Source: a virus. From it: a stretch of DNA of 64,000 nt. Positions 1-6,060 of the stretch are shown in pieces (the first letter of the stretch is position 1; the number at the start of each line of letters is the position of its first letter). The stretch spans positions 1 through 64,000 of the IMG/VR virus record IMGVR_UViG_3300046690_000279; one strand, written 5' to 3'. Under the pieces are notes generated by a model that was given only the letters and a program-made list of their open reading frames with translations, was not told where the DNA came from and searched no databases. The position numbers and the translations under genes are program-made.

Positions 1-545
1 GCAGCGACAGGGGCGAACAGCTCTACCGGTGCAAGGCTGGGCACGTAGCCATCTACGCCCGTGTGCTCGACGAGAAAGTTGAGGCCGAATTCATGACCAG
101 GTTCGGCGGCATGGCTGAGTACGTGGTGCGACTTGAAGGCGGTAACGATCTCAGCGACCAACTGACGGAGGCGGAGGAGCAAGCGAAGCGTCTGTCCAAG
201 CGCATGGCTACCGCTGGTCCGCTGATGCTCGGATCGCTCGAAGAGCTGGGCGCTGAGCTGGAAGCCACGTACGCCGCTCTAAGGGCCGCGCACGACCCTG
301 ACGTACGCGAGGTGCTTGAGCCCACTGGAAGGGCGGTAGGCGACGCGTGGGAGGCCTCCCCGGGGTCGCGTGGCCGCTTGCTCCGGGACCTAGGGCTACA
401 TGTAGTGCTGGCCGCCAACGGGCGGGGACGAATCAGCGCGGAGCGGGTAGGCGAGCGCGTGTCGGTCTCATGGGCCATCGGGGGCGATGATCATGACCTT
501 GCCGAAATGCTCGGCGACCTTGACGCAGAGATGGTGTCCCAGTGA
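1..545 (+). CDS. int: Large serine integrase, C-terminal part (copy A, 5'-truncated)
   Basis: Near-identical to the C-terminus of 39451..40920. Confidence 0.95.
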   Translation, partial: SDRGEQLYRCKAGHVAIYARVLDEKVEAEFMTRFGGMAEYVVRLEGGNDLSDQLTEAEEQAKRLSKRMATAGPLMLGSLEELGAELEATYAALRAAHDPDVREVLEPTGRAVGDAWEASPGSRGRLLRDLGLHVVLAANGRGRISAERVGERVSVSWAIGGDDHDLAEMLGDLDAEMVSQ

Positions 546-1045
546 TTCACTGCACGATTTGCCAGCACGACAAACAGCGAAGCGAATTCGCTGACAGCGA
601 GGTGCGGAACGAGACCACCGGTTGGTGTAAGTCCTGCATGGTCCTGTACAGGGAAGCGGTCCGCTTGGGTGTCCGGGACCCCGCGCAGCACGTACGCAAC
701 GCCCTGCCTCCCATTGAGTGCTCTAAGTGCGGCGAGACCAGGCCCACCCGAGAATTCGCCCCGGGCGCGCAGGTAGCCACCTGTGTGGCGTGCTGGGACG
801 GAGGCAAGGGCGAGCGCAGGCGGGAGTCAATGCGCAAGATCCGGGCAGCTACCCCAGCGGAGGACAAGGCGAAGGCACAGGCGGCATTCCGCGCTGGCAT
901 GCGCAAGGACAAGTGCGCCATCTGCGGAAGCCCCATCGAAGGGCACGGCATCTGCGTGCAGTGTGAAGGCCACGTGATGGCGCTGGGCGGGCTCGACGGG
1001 TTGAAGCAAGCCGTTCGCGCTGTGCGGTATCTGCAAAGCGAGTGA
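542..1045 (+). CDS. Multi-CxxC zinc-finger protein downstream of int
   Basis: Six CxxC motifs; 4-nt overlap with int stop; conserved in copy B. Confidence 0.8.
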   Translation: MIHCTICQHDKQRSEFADSEVRNETTGWCKSCMVLYREAVRLGVRDPAQHVRNALPPIECSKCGETRPTREFAPGAQVATCVACWDGGKGERRRESMRKIRAATPAEDKAKAQAAFRAGMRKDKCAICGSPIEGHGICVQCEGHVMALGGLDGLKQAVRAVRYLQSE

Positions 1046-1177
1046 GCTGGGTCACACTGTTTGGTAACGGGGCGATCACGGGCGAGTGCCGGTGGTCGCC
1101 CTTCGGCGCTACAGCGCACAGGGTCGGTGACGTTTTGTTTTCAGCGCCCAAGATCAAGACCCCCTCTGACCAGCAAG

Positions 1178-1272
1178 AAGTGATGAAGTGACGATTTAGC
1201 CCATGTCTTACCAACACCTATGGGGCTACTAAGGGAAACCGGGGAGGCATGGTCGAGCGTCACTTCGTCACT
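1178..1272. repeat. Inverted iteron-like element AAGTGATGAAGTGACG-N64-CGTCACTTCGTCACT (candidate replication origin)
   Basis: Same arms and spacing at 24774 and 41553. Confidence 0.6.
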
Positions 1273-1291
1273 CCCCCGGTCCGGTGCCTCT

Positions 1292-1308
1292 GGTAACCGA
1301 CTCGCTAG
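1292..1308 (+). promoter_or_regulatory. Phage-specific promoter motif GGTAACCGACTCGCTA upstream of the tRNA/ncRNA cluster
   Basis: Motif recurs 8 times, same strand, at or between gene boundaries; analogous to phiC31 phage-specific lytic promoters. Confidence 0.7.
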
Positions 1309-1316
1309 ATATATGG

Positions 1317-1430
1317 TATGGGCCGGTTGTTCCCGCGCATCAAGATGCAAGCGCACGGCGGACTGCGGACCCGTCCCATAAACGGCCCCGAGCGCTCCCC
1401 TGCCTCTCTCCCAGGGTTGAGCCCGGGGCT
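1317..1430 (+). ncRNA. Two-domain structured RNA; second hairpin has a CCUCUCUCC loop
   Basis: Compensatory changes vs 41706..41821 (TATGGG/CCCATA to GTAGGG/CCCTAC; CCCTG/CAGGG to CCGTG/CACGG; CCCCG/CGGGG to CCCTG/CAGGG). Confidence 0.65.
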
Positions 1431-1432
1431 AC

Positions 1433-1508
1433 GCCGCATTAGCTCAGTCTGGCTAGAGCGCCCGCTCGTTGAGGCGGGAGGTCCTCGGTTCAAATCCTGG
1501 ATGCGGCA
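1433..1508 (+). tRNA. tRNA-like gene with an atypical 8-nt anticodon loop (TCGTTGAG)
   Basis: Acceptor GCCGCAT/ATGCGGC, D-arm GCTC/GAGC, TTCAAAT T-loop; anticodon stem CCCGC/GCGGG closes 8 nt; one T-stem mismatch. Confidence 0.7.
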
Positions 1509-1573
1509 CGGAGCGCGGGACATATGCGGGGCATACACTCCCTAGGCACTGGCAGACAGTGGCTCTCGCGCAA

Positions 1574-1644
1574 CGGCGTATAGCTCAAGGGTAGAGCGTC
1601 CGACAAGGGTCGGAAGACTGTTGGTTCGATTCCAACGGCGTCGA
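1574..1644 (+). tRNA. tRNA-like gene with a 6-nt anticodon loop (CAAGGG)
   Basis: D-arm GCTC/GAGC, T-arm GTTGG-TTCGATT-CCAAC, anticodon stem TCCGA/TCGGA; weak acceptor stem. Confidence 0.65.
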
Positions 1645-1648
1645 CGTA

Positions 1649-1936
1649 GGTGCAGGCAGTAGGCCTTGACCGGTCCACGGTATGCACCCTGGGTGAAACC
1701 GGCTCGTACTGGCCAGCTAGTCACTGGTTGCAGCGCGCGGCGAGTAGCCCTAAATCTTGCTTCGCGTGCGGTGTGCTGGCTATTGGCGCGGCCAGTGGGA
1801 ACACAATTCCCAGCCCGTTAAAGGGCGCCGGTTCGATTCCGGACCATGCGAAGCACTTGGTAAGGGGCAGCGTCAGCGCTGGAAATGCCACCACCCCCAA
1901 GCATCGGTGCCGCGTAGCGGAATGGCCTGGTGCCAA
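1649..1936 (+). ncRNA. Unidentified multi-stem structured RNA with a 100-nt insert
   Basis: Conserved with 41902..42080; stems GGTGCA/TGCACC, CCGG/CTGG, CAGCGC/GCGCTG, CCCT/AGGG; covarying terminal hairpin. Confidence 0.65.
1757..1856 (+). ncRNA. tRNA-like insert: long closing stem, three hairpins and a T-arm
   Basis: TGCTTCGCGTG/CATGCGAAGCA stem; CCGG-TTCGATT-CCGG T-arm; absent in copy B; CTTG direct repeat at the junctions. Confidence 0.6.
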
Positions 1937-2009
1937 TGACACGTAGCTCAACAGGCAGAGCGCCGGACTGTTAATCCGGAGGTCGCAGGTTCGAGCCCTG
2001 CCGTGCCAG
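1937..2009 (+). tRNA. tRNA-Asn(GTT)
   Basis: Cloverleaf; anticodon arm CCGGA-CTGTTAA-TCCGG; one acceptor mismatch. Confidence 0.9.
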
Positions 2010-2063
2010 CGGGGGCAGACTGACGCCCCTAAGCGGTGAAACATCCGTGAAGTCAGTCACTAC

Positions 2064-2146
2064 CCGCTGGTGGTGGAACGGTAGACACGCCAGGCTTAGA
2101 CCCTGGTGCCTGTGAGGGTGTGCGCGTTCGAATCGCGCCCAGCGGA
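2064..2146 (+). tRNA. tRNA-Leu(TAG)
   Basis: Class II cloverleaf with long variable arm; CCAGG-CTTAGAC-CCTGG. Confidence 0.9.
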
Positions 2147-2194
2147 CGAGCCCTGTACGGGGCGCCTGGTTAGCACACCATGAACGTGCGAAGC

Positions 2195-2270
2195 GTGGGT
2201 ATGGCCCAGTTGGTAGGGCGCCTGGTTTGGGACCAGGAAGTCACAGGTTCGAGCCCTGTTACCCGCACCA
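2195..2270 (+). tRNA. tRNA-Pro(TGG), with encoded CCA
   Basis: Cloverleaf; CCTGG-TTTGGGA-CCAGG; ends ACCA. Confidence 0.9.
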
Positions 2271-2290
2271 CATACGGATATCCGGAGGTG
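2269..2290. promoter_or_regulatory. 22-bp palindromic operator (GGAGGTG/SD variant)
   Basis: CACATACGGATATCCGGAGGTG; family of 17 intergenic copies; like phiC31 conserved inverted repeats. Confidence 0.8.
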
Positions 2291-2295
2291 CCCTG

Positions 2296-2793
2296 GTGGG
2301 CGAGCATGTCCCCCAGCCTGGCGACTTCGGCCTATGCCGGATATCCGGGCTCACTGGTGTTGCCGTGTCCGCTGGCCAACGCCTGATCGGCTCCGGTAGC
2401 TATTTCACGCACGCGTTTGTCTATGTCGGCAACGGCGAAGTGGTTCAGGCCCAACCGGGCGGAGCTAAGCGCATGCCGCTGAGCGACGCAGTGAGCAACC
2501 ACAGCCGCGTAGCGTACTCATCCTTTCCGCTGGCCCCTGTTCAGCGTGCTGCCATTTTGGGTGCGGCGACGTACCTGATTGGCACCCCGTACAGCTTTGC
2601 GGATTACGCGGCCATTGGTGCTCGTCGGCTGCTTGGCATTGCTGCGCTAGAACGCTTTGTGCGTGATAGCGGCCACATGATTTGTAGCCAGTTCGTCGAC
2701 GAGTGTTATCGGCGCGCTGGCTTTGAACTTTTCCCCGGGCGAATTCCGGGCGACGTTGCACCGGGCGACCTTGCCAGACTGATTGGAGCGTAG
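2296..2793 (+). CDS. Permuted NlpC/P60 (YiiX/YaeF-like) cysteine hydrolase
   Basis: THAFVY His motif N-terminal; GTPYSF and CSQFV Cys motif C-terminal; GTG start after GGAGG. Confidence 0.75.
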   Translation: MGEHVPQPGDFGLCRISGLTGVAVSAGQRLIGSGSYFTHAFVYVGNGEVVQAQPGGAKRMPLSDAVSNHSRVAYSSFPLAPVQRAAILGAATYLIGTPYSFADYAAIGARRLLGIAALERFVRDSGHMICSQFVDECYRRAGFELFPGRIPGDVAPGDLARLIGA

Positions 2794-2795
2794 CT

Positions 2796-3098
2796 ATGCC
2801 AGCCTGCGGAGCATGCGGCAGCACTGCGCTTGTCGTCTGGGTAAGGCGCCCTAGCGATGCTGAGCTAGCGGCGATTCCTGCTGAGCATGGCGGAGAATCC
2901 GCGAACGCCGGTAATACCACGGTCGCTGTGTACGCCTGCGGATCACATGCCATTTCCGCTGATCTAGGCGCCCTAGTCCACCAGGCCGCATGCGCTGGTC
3001 CTTCTAGCCCTGCCTTGCCTGACTGCACGTGCACCCCGGAGCCTGCCCCTGTGGCTGTACCGGAGCCTGTGCAGGAGCTACCGGCTGGGTGGCAGTAG
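2796..3098 (+). CDS. Hypothetical Cys-rich protein
   Basis: Conserved with 43096..43398. Confidence 0.75.
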   Translation: MPACGACGSTALVVWVRRPSDAELAAIPAEHGGESANAGNTTVAVYACGSHAISADLGALVHQAACAGPSSPALPDCTCTPEPAPVAVPEPVQELPAGWQ

Positions 3099-3102
3099 GC
3101 CC

Positions 3103-3441
3103 ATGGCTAAGCGTCCCTGCCTGGTGTGCAGGCGTCTGACTACCAACCCTTCCCGCTGTGCTGTATGCCAGGCCAAGTACATGGCAGGGCGTGAGCGGCA
3201 GCGTGGCAGTGCTAGCCAGCGTGGGTACACCAGTGCCTACCGAGTAGTAGCTAAGCAGGTGGTGACAGAGCACAGGGCAAGGCACGGCGGTTGGTGTCCT
3301 GGCTACGGCGTGCCCGATCACAGGACCCACGATCTGACCATTGACCACATCATTCCGCTTGCCCATGGTGGCACGCACGACCGTGCCAATCTTCGTGTGC
3401 TGTGCAGGGGCTGCAATGCCCGCAAGCGTGACTCTCTGTAG
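3103..3441 (+). CDS. HNH endonuclease (terminase-associated, HK97 gp74-like)
   Basis: DHIIPLAHGG...NLRVLCRGCN motif; directly upstream of cos/terS. Confidence 0.9.
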   Translation: MAKRPCLVCRRLTTNPSRCAVCQAKYMAGRERQRGSASQRGYTSAYRVVAKQVVTEHRARHGGWCPGYGVPDHRTHDLTIDHIIPLAHGGTHDRANLRVLCRGCNARKRDSL

Positions 3442-3564
3442 GGCTATGCCCGCACTCCCCTGCCCCGCTGTGATGGCATAACCATGCATGGTCGTGCCCC
3501 GCGAAGTGCATATGTATGCGATGACGGGGGGTGGGTCAAAGTCCAGCGAAGATCATCCCAGGGA

Positions 3565-3575
3565 CCCGGCTCCCA
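3565..3575 (+). other. Candidate cos site CCCGGCTCCCA
   Basis: Conserved in both copies within an otherwise diverged HNH-terS gap; resembles the phiC31 cohesive end as recalled (CCCGGCCCCA). Confidence 0.5.
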
Positions 3576-3680
3576 TGGCTGGGGACACCGCTGCGAAATT
3601 AGGGCCCCGGGGGTCTAGCCCAGAAACGCTCTAGAACTGCATAAAAATGCAGAATTCACGTCCGGCAGGGGGTAAAGCGC

Positions 3681-4148
3681 ATGGCTGTGGGCCGTCCGCC
3701 CGTCCCCACGGAGCGTAAGCGAAAACTGGGAAATCCTGGCGCCCGCCCTTTGCCTGATCCCGCCACTGTCCTTGACACTGCGCCAGTCGCCATGGCTGCA
3801 CCTGCACATTTGGGCCCGTCCGGCGCTGAGCTTTACTCACGGATCGTTACCGGCGCTGCCTGGCTTGCTGACACGGACCGCCCGACGCTGGAATTGCTCT
3901 GCGAAAAGGTCGACCGACGCGAGCAGATGAAGGCCGAGCTAGCGCGCGGCGATTTGGTGCTCTTCACGGATAAGGCTTACGCCTATCCCAACCCGCTCGT
4001 CGGCATGCTCAGCACCATCGAAACCGAGATTGCGAAGCTATTCAGCGCGATGGGTCTGACGCCTACCGACCGCACGCGCATGGGGCTCGCCGAGGTGAAA
4101 GCCCGAAACGCATTCGAAGACTTCCTAGCCAAAAAGGCTGGGGCGTAG
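3681..4148 (+). CDS. terS: Terminase small subunit (P27-like)
   Basis: GRPP..P...GNPG start; NPLV and GLTPTDR motifs; position. Confidence 0.9.
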   Translation: MAVGRPPVPTERKRKLGNPGARPLPDPATVLDTAPVAMAAPAHLGPSGAELYSRIVTGAAWLADTDRPTLELLCEKVDRREQMKAELARGDLVLFTDKAYAYPNPLVGMLSTIETEIAKLFSAMGLTPTDRTRMGLAEVKARNAFEDFLAKKAGA

Positions 4149-4170
4149 CACATACGGATATCCGGAGGTG
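4149..4170. promoter_or_regulatory. 22-bp operator (SD variant)
   Basis: CACATACGGATATCCGGAGGTG. Confidence 0.8.
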
Positions 4171-4175
4171 ATGGC

Positions 4176-4382
4176 GTGCCACGCTGGCTTACGCGGTTCC
4201 TCCATTGGAGCCACATCGTTCGGTCACCTGCGCTGGCTTTCCACGATTCCGTCAAGAACATTGACTGGTCGTCTGTCGCTGAGGGCATGGCCAAGTATGA
4301 GGACGCGTACCGCAAGGAAGACGGCGCACGCATCCTGGCTTGGTATGAGGCGCGCGAGGCTTGGCGTAAGGCGAACGAATGA
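4176..4382 (+). CDS. Small hypothetical protein, copy A only
   Basis: SD inside the operator; overlaps terL start. Confidence 0.6.
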   Translation: MPRWLTRFLHWSHIVRSPALAFHDSVKNIDWSSVAEGMAKYEDAYRKEDGARILAWYEAREAWRKANE

Positions 4383-5896
4383 GTGCCCCCTATCTGCTGA
4401 CCCCGGTCACTAAGGCGGATGTCAAGCGGGGCGATGGCGCTGACTTCGTCGACTTCTCGCAATCCTTCCTGCGGATCACCAAAGACTCTGTCGGTGGGTC
4501 CAGCGGCGAACTGCTTGTCTTCCGGGACTGGCAGTGCCAACTGTTCGGCCGGTTGCTCGCACGGCGCCCTGACGGCCGTTACAAGCATCGCCAGGCACTC
4601 GTGGGCATGCCCCGCAAGAACGGCAAGAGCGCCGTAGGTGCCGCGCTGGCTATCTTCGGCCTGGTGTCCGGTCCCCGTGGTGGTGAGGTCTACTCCATCG
4701 CCGCTGACAAGGAACAAGCGCGAATCGTCTTCGGCACTGCCAAGAAAATGATCGAGATGGCGCCAGAGATGGCGAACTCTTTCAGGGTGTACCGGGACGC
4801 TGTTGAGCTACCGGCAACCGGGTCTGTGTACCGCGTGCTGTCTGCGGAAGCCTTCACCAAAGAGGGACTCAACCCGCATCTGACGATAGCCGACGAAGTC
4901 CACGCACAGCCCACCCGTGAACTCTGGGACGTCATGAGCCTTGCCTCTGGCGCTCGCGTAGAACCCATGATGGTGGGCATCACCACCGCTGGCGTGAAGT
5001 CGGATAGCTCCGGTGGCGACAGCCTGTGTTACGGCATGTACCAGTACGGCGAGAAGATCATTCGGGGCGAGATCAACGACCCCGCTTTCTACTTTGAGTG
5101 GTGGGGGGCGCCGGAAGGTGCCGACCACAAGGACCCAGCGGTATGGGCAGCAGCGAATCCGGGCTTCAACGACATTGTGAGCGAAGAGGATTTCCACTCC
5201 TCCGTGCTGCGGACCCCGGAAGCGGAGTACCGAACCAAGCGGATGAACCAATGGGTGTCGACGGCGCAAGCCTGGCTACCCGCTGGCGCTTGGGACGAGT
5301 GCGCTGGCGACGCTGAGAGCATCGAGCCGGGTACCGAGGTGGTCCTAGGCTTTGACGGCTCGTTCAACAACGACTCAACGGCGCTTGTGGTGGTTACCTG
5401 CCCCCGGGGCGAGGATGACAAGCCCCACATTGACGTCGTGGCAGCGTGGGAAAAGCCTACGGATGCCGGGCAAGACTGGTCAGTCCCCATCTTCGATGTT
5501 GAGGACGAGATACGTAAGGCTTGCCGACGCTGGCAGGTTCGCGAGATTGTCTGTGACCCGTTCCGCTGGGCGCGCACGTATCAGATCCTCGAATCTGAGG
5601 GCCTCCCGATCGTTGAGTTCCCGCAGTCCCCCGCGCGCATGGTTCCGGCGACGCAGCGCTATTACGAAGCCGTCATGAATAAGACGCTGACTCACAGCGG
5701 CGACCCGCGCCTAGCGCGCCATCTCTCGAACTGTGTCCTGCGGACCGATTCGCGCGGCTCGCGCCTGAGTAAGGACGCGAAGGGCTCGCCCCGGAAAATC
5801 GACCTTGCCGTTTCCGCTGTCATGGCGCTGGAACGAGCCTGCCAAGAGGCGGAAGTCATTCCCGAACCCCAGTTCTTCAGTTGGGCGGATCTATAA
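4379..5896 (+). CDS. terL: Terminase large subunit
   Basis: Walker A PRKNGKS, Walker B IADEVH, ITTAG, GFDGS nuclease motif, KIDLAV. Confidence 0.97.
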   Translation: MSAPYLLTPVTKADVKRGDGADFVDFSQSFLRITKDSVGGSSGELLVFRDWQCQLFGRLLARRPDGRYKHRQALVGMPRKNGKSAVGAALAIFGLVSGPRGGEVYSIAADKEQARIVFGTAKKMIEMAPEMANSFRVYRDAVELPATGSVYRVLSAEAFTKEGLNPHLTIADEVHAQPTRELWDVMSLASGARVEPMMVGITTAGVKSDSSGGDSLCYGMYQYGEKIIRGEINDPAFYFEWWGAPEGADHKDPAVWAAANPGFNDIVSEEDFHSSVLRTPEAEYRTKRMNQWVSTAQAWLPAGAWDECAGDAESIEPGTEVVLGFDGSFNNDSTALVVVTCPRGEDDKPHIDVVAAWEKPTDAGQDWSVPIFDVEDEIRKACRRWQVREIVCDPFRWARTYQILESEGLPIVEFPQSPARMVPATQRYYEAVMNKTLTHSGDPRLARHLSNCVLRTDSRGSRLSKDAKGSPRKIDLAVSAVMALERACQEAEVIPEPQFFSWADL

Positions 5897-5907
5897 GGAC
5901 GTGACAC

Positions 5908-6060
5908 ATGAAGTTCAGTCGACGCCTGATAGGCGAAATCGCCGATGTCACTGGCATTGGTTGTCTGGTAGGCGCCGGTTGGGCGTTCAACACGATTCTT
6001 GGTCTGGCGCTCGCTGGCGTAGGGCTTATCGTCATTAGCGCTGTGGTGGTGGACAAGTGA
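5908..6060 (+). CDS. Small membrane protein between terL and portal
   Basis: 50-aa hydrophobic ORF; conserved at 46081..46233. Confidence 0.7.
   Translation: MKFSRRLIGEIADVTGIGCLVGAGWAFNTILGLALAGVGLIVISAVVVDK

Noticed and set aside
1649-1936. RNase P RNA or group I/II intron
   Set aside because: Lacks the GAGGAAAGUCC P4 signature and intron catalytic motifs, and is too short
2010-2062. Pistol, hammerhead or HDV-like theta ribozyme after the tRNAs
   Set aside because: GCCCCTAAGCG recalls pistol, but the required TTAGGG loop is absent; no CUGANGA/GAAA core or nested HDV double pseudoknot could be built by eye
2165-2193. preQ1-I riboswitch
   Set aside because: The loop is superficially similar, but the A-rich 3' tail is missing and no que gene follows
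1141-2386. Short ORFs across the tRNA/ncRNA cluster (and 42027..42623)
   Set aside because: They overlap tRNAs, are not conserved in frame between the copies, and lack an RBS
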